A stretch of 64,000 nt of DNA from Octopus bimaculoides (GCF_001194135.2 NC_068986.1:40290304-40354303), one strand, 5' to 3'. Positions 48,541 through 62,292 are shown, counted from the stretch's first letter. The notes: generated from the letters alone by a model not told the origin. Numbers and translations: made by a program.

Positions 48541-49173
48541 NNNNNNNNNNNNNNNNNNNNNNNNNNNNNNNNNNNNNNNNNNNNNNNNNNNNNNNNNNNN
48601 NNNNNNNNNNNNNNNNNNNNNNNNNNNNNNNNNNNNNNNNNNNNNNNNNNNNNNNNNNNNNNNNNNNNNNNNNNNNNNNNNNNNNNNNNNNNNNNNNNNN
48701 NNNNNNNNNNNNNNNNNNNNNNNNNNNNNNNNNNNNNNNNNNNNNNNNNNNNNNNNNNNNNNNNNNNNNNNNNNNNNNNNNNNNNNNNNNNNNNNNNNNN
48801 NNNNNNNNNNNNNNNNNNNNNNNNNNNNNNNNNNNNNNNNNNNNNNNNNNNNNNNNNNNNNNNNNNNNNNNNNNNNNNNNNNNNNNNNNNNNNNNNNNNN
48901 NNNNNNNNNNNNNNNNNNNNNNNNNNNNNNNNNNNNNNNNNNNNNNNNNNNNNNNNNNNNNNNNNNNNNNNNNNNNNNNNNNNNNNNNNNNNNNNNNNNN
49001 NNNNNNNNNNNNNNNNNNNNNNNNNNNNNNNNNNNNNNNNNNNNNNNNNNNNNNNNNNNNNNNNNNNNNNNNNNNNNNNNNNNNNNNNNNNNNNNNNNNN
49101 NNNNNNNNNNNNNNNNNNNNNNNNNNNNNNNNNNNNNNNNNNNNNNNNNNNNNNNNNNNNNNNNNNNNNNNNN

Positions 49174-49234
<61 letters not shown>

Positions 49235-52200
49235 ATACATGCTTATATCTGTTGCTTGCTGCACTTGCTATTATGGCAGTGAGAGAGAAAAGAAGGGAGA
49301 ATTTATGTTCTTCAGTTGAGAGAATTCTTTTTTTTTCTCTAGTTTTTTTAAGTTGGTAAGTTTTTGTTTAATCTCAGTGGAAGGAAGACGAGAAGAGCAT
49401 TCATGTTTTATCATGAGATCCTTTATCATTACCAGAATGTGTGTGTACGTACGTATGTATGTATGTGTATATACATACATACATACATACATATATATAT
49501 ATAAATATATATATTATAAATTAACTACCAACAAAAATAATTGGTAAGCCGACTCAAAAAATCATCACCAAAATAGCAGAAAAAAACGACAGTGAAGGTA
49601 TGCAGACTCTTTTAAACGGAATGTATTTTTTCTGATGTTATATTTATTCCTGAATGATGTGTAAAGAAATTTTGATTTAAGTCTCTCTTAATGAATTCTT
49701 TATACTGATATATATATTGAAGAAGATAAATATGTTCATTTGAATTTATATGTTTTTGCGTCGTAACTCCTTTATTATTATTAATATATATATATTTCTT
49801 TTTTTTCATATTCATGCATTTTATTTATATATATATGTATTCATATTCATGCATTCTGTCTTTTTAGCCCTCTTCCCAGCCCTGCAAATGTAAAATATTA
49901 AGTAATTTGTTGCTAAACTTCTCCACTTCACATCCTCCTATCATTACACAAACTTTGTGTTTATGCCAACTCTTGTATGAGTAAAGAATGTGGGGCTTAC
50001 TGGTATAATATGTATGAATGAGAGAACTACTGGATTGCTTAGTAATGAACATCTATGTATCAGCCTTTTAATTTGTGTACCCACTTATGTCTCAAAAGTT
50101 CCCCATTCCCCACTTTTCTTCTTTATTTGGCAGAGTCATTAGGGTATCAGACAAAACACTTTTCTGATATTTACCTGAGTACCTTGCATTCTGAGTCCCA
50201 ATTCCACCAAAATCAACTTTGTCTTTCATCATTCTGGAGCTGATATAATACAAGTCTTGAACAGTCAACTGACAGTATAATTTCCAGCTTTTTATGTTCT
50301 GAGTTCAAATCCTCCTGTGGTTTGCTTAGGTGAGGGGTTTAATCTGTTACCTGCTTAATGAATGTGCCTTCTTAATGAATGAACCAGTGTCTTCTTAATA
50401 AATGAACACACTGAGCAGTTTCCCAAAGGCTCCACAGGTCCAGGGGCCCAACATTAATTTTCATACACTGTTGTTGTATATATAGGGGTCCCATTGCATT
50501 AGTTTTCCAAAATCTGGGTGACTATAATGTTCTTAAGAGAACTTAGTGATGATCTGGTCCTTTGGGTATCTTTAGTGGTTTCCATTCTGTTACAAGCATT
50601 CGGCTATTTTAGTTAGGTCTTCTGTCTGAACAGAACTTTCTCTCTCTTTCTCTCTCCCTCCATTAATCTCACACACCCCGTAATGGATCATTGGCACTGA
50701 CCTCCTCTCTTGCTGAAGAGTTAAAAAAAAGTGTGCCCCAGCATGGTCACAGTTTAATGACTGAAACAACTAAATGAAAGATAGATGCTCACCACTTCTC
50801 AAATTGGGGAAAGCTTAGCACTATTATTTTGTCATAAATCTTTTATTTTTTATCCTTTGGTTAGTTCAGTCGTTGTGCAGTTACAGGGCTGTAAAGACAC
50901 TAGCATCAGTTATTAAGTGGTTGTGAGGGGACAGACACTAACACAAAGACATGTGCGTGCACGCACACACATACATACATGTGTGTGTGTGTGTATTTAT
51001 ATAAAAATTGTTTTGAGAAAGAAGATTGATTAGAAGTTCTCTCACAATATAGAGGTTTGGGATTGAATTGCCAGTCATGTTTGTGGATTTAAATACTAGG
51101 TCATTTGTTTCTTCACATTACACACACACACATACACATACACACACTTGTGTATATAAATAAATAAATATATATATNNNNNNNNNNNNNNNNNNNNNNN
51201 NNNNNNNNNNNNNNNNNNNNNNNNNNNNNNNNNNNNNNNNNNNNNNNNNNNNNNNNNNNNNNNNNNNNNNNNNNNNNNNNNNNNNNNNNNNNNNNNNNNN
51301 NNNNNNNNNNNNNNNNNNNNNNNNNNNNNNNNNNNNNNNNNNNNNNNNNNNNNNNNNNNNNNNNNNNNNNNNNNNNNNNNNNNNNNNNNNNNNNNNNNNN
51401 NNNNNNNNNNNNNNNNNNNNNNNNNNNNNNNNNNNNNNNNNNNNNNNNNNNNNNNNNNNNNNNNNNNNNNNNNNNNNNNNNNNNNNNNNNNNNNNNNNNN
51501 NNNNNNNNNNNNNNNNNNNNNNNNNNNNNNNNNNNNNNNNNNNNNNNNNNNNNNNNNNNNNNNNNNNNNNNNNNNNNNNNNNNNNNNNNNNNNNNNNNNN
51601 NNNNNNNNNNNNNNNNNNNNNNNNNNNNNNNNNNNNNNNNNNNNNNNNNNNNNNNNNNNNNNNNNNNNNNNNNNNNNNNNNNNNNNNNNNNNNNNNNNNN
51701 NNNNNNNNNNNNNNNNNNNNNNNNNNNNNNNNNNNNNNNNNNNNNNNNNNNNNNNNNNNNNNNNNNNNNNNNNNNNNNNNNNNNNNNNNNNNNNNNNTAC
51801 AGGTGTTAACGAGAAAGCTGCTCTAAAATTAAATTGATGTTTCAAATAAAATAAGATTTTTTTTTGTTTTATGAATTTGAAAATATAGAATTTTTTTTTG
51901 GTTTTTAAATATCCTTTTCTAGTTTATAAATCAATGCATTTTTTTAAAAATGTATTTTAAAAGATACATTTTGTTGAATTTTATAGGTTTTTCTTAGGTT
52001 TAAATAAATAATTAGAAGCATTAGGAAAAAAAACAAAGAAATTAATAGCTTTTTAAATAATTTCTGTCTCCTGAAAATGAAATTGATGAGATGCCATTTC
52101 AGTAGTTTAAAAGATGCTCACTAGAATATTAAATTAAATAAAAGGAAATAAATTTAAAATCTAAAAAAATGACAAATGGTAACTTTATACATGTTTAGTC

Positions 52201-52789
52201 TGCAGTTGTAGTATTTTGAGTAGTAAAGTTAAGATGGTATCAATTTACCGGCTAAAGGAAACTGAAAGAAGTCTATCATATATGTGTGTGTGTGTAAAAT
52301 AAGCACAATTGGCATTTAAAATTTACAACTGCTGTTTCTGTAGCATTTTATTTAACGTAGTCATAAAAAATTACATTATAATAGACAATCCACCATCATA
52401 TATTGGGCTAGCTCAAGAAATGTTGGCTATGTCCTGTTTGATATTTAAAATCTTAACTGATGATGGTAAATTATATATCATGATATAATCTTTTATGACT
52501 ACTTTAAATAAAATACTATGAAACAGCTGTTGTAAATTTTAAATGCCATTTATATTTACTTTTTTATACTTATGTCACACCAAGGACACACTGAGTTGGG
52601 CCTGCAGTTATAAATTGGATTTGCTTATTGCATATCTATAGTATCCTGCCAATACTTTTTGATTTATTTCACTGTGTGCTTTATATGATTGCACCTAGCC
52701 ACTTTTGGCATCCTACTGGTTGATGTGCCTTCATTCTCAAGAATCCTCAGAACCAAATTATATATATATATATAAACTTTAATGATGAG

Positions 52790-52970
52790 TGTTCCACTTG
52801 ATCCAGTCAATGGAACAGCCTGCTCATGAAATTACCATGCAAGTGGCTGAGTACTCTACAAACACACGCATGCTTAATATAGTTCTTAAGGAGATTCGGT
52901 GTGACTGACTGACCAGGCCAGGCCTTTGAATTACATGTAGAATATTCACTTTTGCCATCTGAGTGGACTA
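52790..52970 (-). mobile_element. SINE family B, degraded 3' part
   Basis: tggaacagcctgctcatgaaattaccatgcaagtggctgagtactc is the RC of the family B tail. Confidence 0.78.
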
Positions 52971-53223
52971 NNNNNNNNNNNNNNNNNNNNNNNNNNNNNN
53001 NNNNNNNNNNNNNNNNNNNNNNNNNNNNNNNNNNNNNNNNNNNNNNNNNNNNNNNNNNNNNNNNNNNNNNNNNNNNNNNNNNNNNNNNNNNNNNNNNNNN
53101 NNNNNNNNNNNNNNNNNNNNNNNNNNNNNNNNNNNNNNNNNNNNNNNNNNNNNNNNNNNNNNNNNNNNNNNNNNNNNNNNNNNNNNNNNNNNNNNNNNNN
53201 NNNNNNNNNNNNNNNNNNNNNNN

Positions 53224-53495
53224 TGTCAACCGATGGTGGTGTGTTTACGTCCCCGTAACTTAGCGGTTCGGCAAAAGAGACCGATAGAATAAGTACTAGG
53301 CTTCCAAAGAATAAGTCTTGGGGTCGATTTGCTCGGCTAAAGGCGGTGCTCCAGCATGGCTGCAGTCAAATGACTGAAACAAGTAAAAGAGTAAAAGAGA
53401 GAGAGAAAGTATTTGTGTTGATTTGTTTGACTAAACCCTTCAAGGCTCCAGCATGGACACTGTCCAATGACTGAAACAAGTAAAAGGTTACAAGG
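53224..53495 (+). mobile_element. SINE family A young 3' half plus an older extra tail (53410-53495)
   Basis: tgtcaaccgatggtggtgtgtttacgtccccg...gaaacaagtaaaagag, then a second ctccagcatgg...aatgactgaaacaagtaaaag. Confidence 0.88.
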
Positions 53496-54234
53496 TAACC
53501 TCTACTTAACTCTTATTGGTCTTATCTCCATAGCTAAATAGTTGTGCTGCAACTTACTTTTGTAAACAGTGATAGCACTGCATAGCTGCTAAGTATTTTA
53601 TTGATCCAAATTAGCAAGCTCAATCAAGTTCCTCTACAACAGGTATTGCTTTCATAGGAATAATCAACTATTGATAGTTGAATCTGATCAGAGAACAAAA
53701 TAAATAAATAAATAAATGACTAAATAAAAAGTAAAAAAAAAATAATAATAAATCAAGTAATTGACTCGTTTTATTAGATTTGTGTGTAATAAATATATAG
53801 ATTGGCAGATTGATTTCCTGATTGACTTTGCTTCACTGGTAATTTAAGTAAAATCTCTTTGAATTATGGAAGCATGGAGGAAGGGGACCCAGAATTTATA
53901 TTTCACAATTGTAAATCAATTTTAAAAAAAAAAAAAAAAATTTTTTTTTTTACCTTAACAGCTGCTTAATTTAGTATTGTCTAAATTACGTGATTTGTGG
54001 AGTATTGTTAGCAGAGTTTGTCTGAAGTAGTAATTTTTGTGTTTCTTTAATTTATTTATATATATGTTTCTTGTTTTTTTATATTAATTCCTGTTTGCAT
54101 GTATTTTGGGTGGTAGACTTAATCTGTCTCTTGCTTTGACATCACCATCTAGGCACATAGATGCCTTTAGTGGAGACTGCTCTGTAGGCAATTATGCAGG
54201 CCAAGTCTCCAGTCTGAGAATAAATATCACTTTT

Positions 54235-54580
54235 GCATGGCATAGTGGTTAAAGTGTTGGGCTTACAATCGTTAGGTTATGAGTTTGATTCCTGGACCCA
54301 GCTGTGTGTTGTGTTCTTGAGTAAGACACTTTATTTCATGGTGCTTCAGTTCACCCATCTGTAAAAATAAATTGCAACATCACTGGTGCCAAGCTGTATC
54401 AACCTTTGCCTTAGCCTTAGATATAACATTGGTAGTGGGGAGAGGGGAGGCTGGTATACATGAGTGACTGCTAGTCTTCTATAAACAACCTCGCCTGGAC
54501 TTGTGCCTTGGAGGGGAAACTTTCTAGGAGCAATCTCATAATCATATATGACCAAAGGGGGTCTTTGCTCCTTCCCACCA
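54235..54580 (+). mobile_element. SINE family E (tRNA-like head, D-type core, distinct tail)
   Basis: tggcatagtggttaaag A box, gagtttgattcc B box, gtgttcttgagtaagacac core, tail ...gaccaaagggggtctttg. Confidence 0.7.
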
Positions 54581-55036
54581 GTCTCAGAACCCAGAAAAAT
54601 ATCATAGATCCTCCTCCTCTTGCCTCTCCCGCCATCCTTCTCCCCTTCCTCCTTTTCCTCCTCAGCATCAGTACCTGTAAAAGAAAGAAAAAAAAGGATC
54701 AGGATCATGTATTCTTAACTTTTCTGGTATCAATCCTCCAGTGACCACCTTGGTTCTGTGATACAAACTTTGTTCTTTAAAATTATTGAAATGGAAACAG
54801 TATATCAAAATTTCATGGTAGTTTGTTTTAAACATAATAATAAAGCTCATAGCTGGCCGCCAACACTTTTTTCTGCAAAATAGGGGTAGCTTATCCTGTT
54901 CAGGCTATATTATTAGCATTATCCTGCGTTTGAGAATTTAAAAATCACTTCTTTAACTTTCTAAGACATCTCAACGGTTCTGAAAGCAAACTTCGTTTGT
55001 TTGTTTATGTTTATCGTAATTTAAAATTATAATAAT

Positions 55037-56770
55037 AAAGGTTTCAAATTTTTGCTCAAAACCAGTGATTTTGGAGGAGGGATTAAGTTGAGCCCAGTAC
55101 TCATCTGGTGCTTCTTTTATCAACTCTGAAAGGATGAAAAGCTTAGTCAACCTCAGTGGAATTTAAACTCAGAACATGAAATGCTGCTAAGCATTTTGGC
55201 CAGTATGCTAATGATTCTGCCTGTTCACTGCCTTAAACATCATCTTAATAATACTTTCTACTATAGGCACAAGGCCTGAAATTTTGGGAGAGAGGTATGT
55301 TGATCACACTGACCTCAGTAACTTGACTAGTACTTAGTTTATCGACCCCCGAAAGGACAAAAGGCAAAGTCGACCTCGATGGAATTTGAACCTTGAATGT
55401 AAAAATGGGCAAAATACCTTCAAGTATTTCACCCAGCATGCTAACAATTCTGGCAGCTTGCCACTTTAAACATCATGTTATTAATGACAATTATTTTACT
55501 AAATTCTTCATGATTTTGAAACTTTAATGAGAGAAAGACAGTGTATTTAAACAGAAATATGCAGTAAACATGAAGTTGCTCTTATGTATTTCATGCAGTT
55601 TTGCACTTCTAATTAAATAATTTCCCAGGTAACTTTTGATTCATGTTTGGAACTTTTGCACTTAGTTTTTGTTGATGATGCCTGTTGCCTTGGAAAAGAA
55701 TAAATCAATACCCATACTCGACTGGTACTTTGTTCTGAGTTCAAATTCCACCAAAGTCAACTTTGTCGTTCATCTTTCCAGGGGAGATAAAATAAAGAAC
55801 TGGAACAAATATAGCAAAAGTGTTTTATGTCTGGTGTTCTAACAATTCTGTCCAGCACAGCCATAACAATAATAATAATTAATAATGATGTTGATGATGA
55901 TGATAATTAGAACACTTAGAGAACGCAAACCTCCACCAAAGCAACACCAACGTTCTCTCAATGATTAGCCAGAGATGATTTTTAAAATGAGAATATCTGA
56001 AAAAAACTTGACTGCCCTCACAAACTTGAATGCTAAAAATGAATCTGACCACTTTCAAAAATTAAATAAAAAAAAAAAACAGGAAAATATAATCCAGAGT
56101 CCTTGTCCAGTACCAGATCGATCCCAAAATCTAATCAGTTTGTGCCAGTCATGAGGCCAAACATCCCTGAAAGTTTCATCTGAATCCATCCAGCAGTTCT
56201 TAAGATATCTTGTCCACAGACAAACGAACAAACAACATGACTGAAAACAATACCTCTGCCTTCACTAAGGCAGAGGTAATAGTCTTTTCTACTACAAGCG
56301 CAAGGTGTGAAATTTCTGGTGAGGGGTTAGTTGTATTACATCAGCCACACTGCTCAGCTGGTACTTATTTTATTGACCTGGAAGAATAAAAAGCAAAGTG
56401 GACTTCGGCAGAATTTGAACCCAGAATGTAAAGAACCAGAAGAAATGCATGTTTTTCTGGTGTGCTAACAGATTCTGCCAATTTGTCACCTTAGTAATAA
56501 TAATAATAATAATAATAATAGTAGTAGTAGTAATAGTAGAAGTAGTAGTAATCCTTTCTACTGAAGGCAGAAGGTGTAAAATTTTGGGAGAGGGGGTTAG
56601 TTGATTACATCAACCCCAGTGCTTGCCTGGTACTTATTCCATCAACCCCAAAAGGATGAAAGGCAAAGTAGACCTCAGTGGAATTTGAACTCGGAGTTCA
56701 GAACTCAGAGGGATGAAATACCATGAAGCATTTTGCCCAGCATTCTAATGATTCTCCCAGCTCACTGGCT

Positions 56771-56772
<2 letters not shown>
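55037..56772 (-). mobile_element. Cluster of four family C SINEs (55037-55235, 55248-55467, 56279-56492, 56548-56772) plus an opposite-strand fragment (55730-55860)
   Basis: Repeated units separated by (AAT)/(AGT)n or short A/T spacers. Confidence 0.86.
55905..56280 (+). mobile_element. Helentron-associated / DINE-1-like element, apparently complete
   Basis: 5' short inverted repeat agagaacg (55918-25) / cgttctct (55951-58) enclosing acctccacc; (CAAA)-type tract; 3' perfect 12-bp hairpin tacctctgcctt-cact-aaggcagaggta (56251-56278); no TSD seen. Confidence 0.65.
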
Positions 56773-56827
<55 letters not shown>

Positions 56828-58534
56828 GTATAGTGTTGATGATGGTGATTTATAACTCAGTTAGAAGTGAATGCTATTTTAACAGGTGTGTATAACACTG
56901 TTAAAGACACCTGTTAAATACTTATTTGTTAGCGATGTGATCAATGTTCGTTTATCTGTAATGTTAGCCATGCATACATGAATCCTCTTCATGCTGCACA
57001 ACTGGAGATAAGATTATCGCAGTAAACGCTATTGCTTGTGAGAAATCCCAAACACAGTGGGTGCTTTCACTCATTGAATCGGAACTAATGCATGATTTCA
57101 TTTGTGATTTCCTGCAGAACCTGCTTGTGCTGCTATCCCATAATCAAAAAGCACAAATTCTATTCCTTTATTTCAGTCTTGAATATTAAATGAAGCGATA
57201 GCTGTTATTTGAATTAGGTTAAAGTGAAGAAGATTGGGGATATTTTATTTTATTCCCCACCCCCTGCTTTTTTCTTTCCTTTTTTTGACTAATGTTGAAA
57301 ACAACATATCTCCTAAGCAAATGTCATTTTCTTCCTCCTTCATGTTGTTTCCCCCACTACTGCCACCTACCAATAACTCTGTCATGCCTTCTCTCTTATT
57401 TGACGATGATTTAAATATAAAGCACATATGGCACACCTAAGGAACAGTGAATTTCAACACTATTGATTTCCTTTGCTCTGAATTATTGCTGTTATTTTGA
57501 GAGAAACATCTATTTCTACCTCACTTGAAATTAACTTAACCTGTCAATATTAGATAATAGTAGTTTCGACTCGAGTCTGTAGGATTTATTCAAATATTTT
57601 TCCCCAAGAGGAATCGACAGAATCAGCAAAACCACTTGCTGGTTCAGATGCTTTTACAACGCTTTGTTTATGTAGTTATTTTATTTCTTGAGTTCAAATT
57701 CAGCCAGGGTCAAGTTTAGTTTTCATATCTTCAGAGTTGTTAAAAGAAATATTTATTCTATGTCAGAGTAAATTCCTCGATGTAGGAAAATTGGTCTTGT
57801 ACTTAGAGAAGAGAGGAAAAAAAAATCAATATTTCCTCTTAGGTAAATCAATAACATGTTTGTCAGTGTTTTTTTCCTTTCTTTTCCAGTTGCTAGTTTA
57901 CATTGTTTGTTTTTTTTTCTCTCGCTTGCATGGGTGGCGTGATGGTTTTTGTCAGAGCAATTCTTTTTACAGATGGATGCCCTTCCTACTGCTAATAATT
58001 ACTCAATAATAGAGAGAGGAAACCTGTTGATATATCAGTAACACAAGTAGCATGCCATTTTGACAGGAACAACAAAATGGCAGCAGCACCACCAGCAAAA
58101 GTAGTAGTAAGGTTTGAACTTGGGAATTTGTAGTCAGTAATCTGGCTTCATTCTCACTCTTCCCCTTAAATGTCATCTTTGTCATCATCATTTTGCTTCA
58201 ACTTTTCATGCTAGCATGGGTTAGATTAATTTGCCATAGTTGGAGTCAGCTAATATTCATGGATAGTGTTCATTTAGTTGGAGGGCCACATCCCATCCAT
58301 GTTTCACTTTTGGTTCAGTTTCAATGATAGGATGTTCATCTTAACACCAACCATTTTACAAAGTGTAGTGGGTACTTCTTCCCATGGCACCAGCTCTAGG
58401 GAGGTACCATGTCCTTGACAAGACTAAAGGATCCCTACAACTTTATACTCTGAGTGTAGTGGATGTGATTTTTTGTGGTAAGCAGTTCATAAAATATTTG
58501 TGATGATAAATGAAGCTTAACAATATACTAAATC

Positions 58535-58930
58535 CTTTATCTTCTTTTACTTGCTTCAGTCGTTTGACAGTGGCTATGCTGAGGCACTGCCTTCAAGGGT
58601 TTTAGTCAAATAAATCGACTCTAGGACTTATTATTTTTTTAAGCTCTGTACTTATTCTATCAGTCTTTTATGCCAAACCACTAAGCTGTGGGGGTGTAAA
58701 CACACCACCACCGGTTGTCAAATGGTGGTGGTAGAGGACAAACACAGACACACACACATGCACACATATACGACGAGCTTCTTTCAGTTTCCGTCTATCA
58801 AATCCACTCACAAGGTTTGGGGTTGGCTCAAGGCTATAGTAGAAGACACTTGTGCAAGGTGCCCTGCAGTGGGACTGAAGTTGGAACCATGTTGGGAAGC
58901 AAGCTTCTTACCACACAGCCATACCTACAA
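58535..58930 (-). mobile_element. SINE family A, near full length
   Basis: ttttacttgcttcagtc tail to cacacagccatacct head. Confidence 0.88.
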
Positions 58931-59981
58931 CTATGGTCATTGCGAACTTTATATAGGCTTTTTACCCTACAGCTATTTTAATAAAATTCTAAGCCATGAT
59001 TTGGAGAACTCAAATAGCCTCTATTTGATTGCTTGGCCTACACATCTTACTCAACTCATTGAAGCCATTTAACTCTCCCTATGTATGTATTTAGAAACTC
59101 AGCATTCTGAGTTCAAATCTTATCAAGGTCAGCTTTGCTTTTCTCAAGTCAATAAAATTCTTGTTAGGGATTGATGAATTTGTAAGAACATCAGATGAGA
59201 CACCTTTCAGTGTCTGTTCCACATTTTTGCATTCTGAATTAAAAAATCCAATTAGATTGAATTTGTTGTTCTTGTAGTTGTTGTTATTAGTTTTTTTTTT
59301 GTGTGTGTGTGTGTGGNNNNNNNNNNNNNNNNNNNNNNNNNNNNNNNNNNNNNNNNNNNNNNNNNNNNNNNNNNNNNNNNNNNNNNNNNNNNNNNNNNNN
59401 NNNNNNNNNNNNNNNNNNNNNNNNNNNNNNNNNNNNNNNNNNNNNNNNNNNNNNNNNNNNNNNNNNNNNNNNNNNNNNNNNNNNNNNNNNNNNNNNNNNN
59501 NNNNNNNNNNNNNNNNNNNNNNNNNNNNNNNNNNNNNNNNNNNNNNNNNNNNNNNNNNNNNNNNNNNNNNNNNNNNNNNNNNNNNNNNNNNNNNNNNNNN
59601 NNNNNNNNNNNNNNNNNNNNNNNNNNNNNNNNNNNNNNNNNNNNNNNNNNNNNNNNNNNNNNNNNNNNNNNNNNNNNNNNNNNNNNNNNNNNNNNNNNNN
59701 NNNNNNNNNNNNNNNNNNNNNNNNNNNNNNNNNNNNNNNNNNNNNNNNNNNNNNNNNNNNNNNNNNNNNNNNNNNNNNNNNNNNNNNNNNNNNNNNNNNN
59801 NNNNNNNNNNNNNNNNNNNNNNNNNNNNNNNNNNNNNNNNNNNNNNNNNNNNNNNNNNNNNNNNNNNNNNNNNNNNNNNNNNNNNNNNNNNNNNNNNNNN
59901 NNNNNNNNNNNNNNNNNNNNNNNNNNNNNNNNNNNNNNNNNNNNNNNNNNNNNNNNNNNNNNNNNNNNNNNNNNNNNNNNN

Positions 59982-60015
<34 letters not shown>

Positions 60016-60080
60016 AGTATTTGCCTTTCAAGCTTCTTTTCTCTGTCCCTTTACTGGGGTAGATTTAATCCTTAATCCCA

Positions 60081-60313
60081 ATAAAAAGCACTATCCGATC
60101 GTGGTCAATGCCTGGCCCCTGTGCCGGTGGCACGTAAAAAGCACCCACTACACTCTTCGAGTGGTTGGCGTTAGGAAGGGCATCCAGCTGTAGAAACCTT
60201 GCCAGATCAGACTGGAGTCTGGTGCAGCCTCCTGGCTTTCCAGACCCCAGTCGAACCGTCCAACCCATACCAGCATGGAAAACGGACGTTAAACGATGAT
60301 GATGATGATGATG
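60081..60313 (+). mobile_element. SINE family F (RTE-type tail), 5'-truncated
   Basis: ggcacgtaaaaagcacccactacactc...gttggcgttaggaagggcatccagc...ggaaaacggacgttaaac(gat)n. Confidence 0.9.
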
Positions 60314-61060
60314 ATATATGTGTGTGTGTGTGTGAAATAACTGTCAAGATATATATTTATCTCTTGTCTGTCATTAATAATCGAGCATGACTTGATAGCA
60401 AGAGAGGAGTATTTTGTATTTATAATTTTAAGTGAATTTGATAAAGGTAACTATTAGAAGCTTGTAGTGTGTGTGTGTGTGTGTGCACGTGTGTGTGAGT
60501 ATTGACATTCTGCAGTTACGCTTGAGCAAGATTAAGAACCATGTTTACATGGTTAGTGGACATTGTAACTGGTTGTTCTTGGCTTTTAAAGACCTGTGGG
60601 TTGGAACCTGGAAAAAACAGGCATTAAACATATACAAATAACATGTTATATATTTTCATCGTTATGTGATTTTATATTTACTGTCAGTTGTGCAATTACC
60701 TAAATTCACAGAACCATCCATGGATGTGTGTATGTGTGTGTGTGGGGTGGTGGTGTTGAAAAGAGTATAAAAATTATGAATCACTGTCAAGAGGTTGAAA
60801 TTACTAAAACAATAATTTTATATCAAAAGTAAATCACTAATAATCAATATAACTTAATAATTATTTTTGCCTTGCCTTAATCATCAATGTATGTTTTGCT
60901 TTTCTCTATTACAGGGAAAACGAACATGTGTGCATACATGTGTACATATATTTCTGTGTTTGTGTGTACACAAAGCTCAAGTAATCATAAATCAAGAGGA
61001 GTCGATATTTGTTTCTAGAGCACTATAATATATATATATAATGAGAGTTAGAGGGAGTGA

Positions 61061-61330
61061 AGGCATATGGTATAATAGTTAGTGTTACACTCGTGGTTGC
61101 AAGATTGTGGTTTCAATTCCCAGACCAGTGGCATGGTGTGTTCTTGAGCAAAGCACTTCATTTCATGTTGCCCCAGTCCACTCAGCTGTAAATGGGTAAC
61201 CTTGCAATGGACTGGTGATCCATTCAGGGAGAGGTGTTGGCCTGCCGGCCCAGCTGCTTGGGTGGTACATTTGAAAGCTACAACAAAGCAAGAGAGTGCA
61301 TTGTGACCAGCGGTGAAAATTGTATGTATG
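61061..61330 (+). mobile_element. SINE family D
   Basis: Head tggtataatagttagtgttacactc...ggtttcaattccc; core gtgttcttgagcaaagcacttcatttc; tail shared with 5761-6020. Confidence 0.78.
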
Positions 61331-61349
61331 TATAGATGTGTGTATACAT

Positions 61350-61792
61350 TAGATTCCTTAGATTCCTAAGCAGATGCTATATAGAGAACTTGTGAATGGA
61401 AGGAGACTCCGTCAGAAACCAAGGCTGTGCTTTAAGAACTGTGTCAAGTCCTCATTAAAGGCCTGTGATACGCAGGACACTGATTGGGAGAACAATGCCT
61501 GTCATCGCCACAGATGGAGGAAGCAGGTTAAGGAGGGGATCAACACTTTTGAGAGAGCATGTATCCAGCATGAAGAACTTTCGCGAGCTGCACGAAAGTG
61601 CACGGCTCGTATAGTGAATGGGGAAAGCTTGGTCTGCAATGTTTGCAGTCGTGTATGCTTGTCAAGAGCAGGGCTCATTAGCCACCAACAGAGCCGTAAA
61701 TGCAAAATATATGTTAGTCCTAGAGTGCACAATGTTCCTGAAGGTCGGCAATGGTCTTCCTCGGTCACGAGTGGACGGCCATCATCATCATC
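61350..61792 (+). mobile_element. RTE (BovB-like) LINE, 5'-truncated 3' end with open C-terminal ORF and TSD
   Basis: IPKQMLYRELVNGRR...PRLCFK...W...RxRWR...CNVCSRVCLSRAGLISHQ (RTE C-terminus with zinc-finger-like motif); (CAT)n tail; TSD atagatgtgtgta at 61332-61344 and 61793-61805. Confidence 0.92.
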
Positions 61793-62292
61793 ATAGATGT
61801 GTGTAACATATACTGGTTAGGTTGTTAGGCTAAGGTCTTGAGTTCAGTTCATGGACCAGGCAGTACATGTGTTTTTGGACAAGGCACATGTTATCCTGTT
61901 GGTCCTTTGTATTTAGCTGAAAATGCATACCGGCCTAGTGCTGGTGCAGCTTTCTCTTCCTCTAGCCCTCTAGTGACATGTCCAGTAAGTACAACATCAT
62001 CAATTCACCACAGGGAAAGTTCACCGTCATCAATAAAATAGTTTTAAACTATTAATGGTGAGATATTATGGATATATTTTCTCGGTAAACTTTCCTTGCG
62101 GTGACCTTCCCTCCTGATGAACTTTCTTCACAGTGAATTGATGTACTCGTAGAGTGCTTGTTCCTCTGTTATGCTTTATCCTTTTAATACCTAACATAAA
62201 GCTGCTGCACCCCCTCAAATAGCCCCCCCCCCAACACTTTGCTGTGTTCTTTTTTCCTGTTCTTCTATCCTGCAAGTTACCTGGCAATTTCA

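Noticed and set aside
54346-54708. 120-aa acidic ORF with a strong minus-strand acceptor at 54675-54677
   Set aside because: Purine-rich low complexity that runs into family E SINE sequence; no convincing donor.
218-56772. Strand bias of family C SINEs (mostly minus)
   Set aside because: Most minus copies fall in three clusters and are not independent; degraded plus-strand fragments also exist; the sample is too small.
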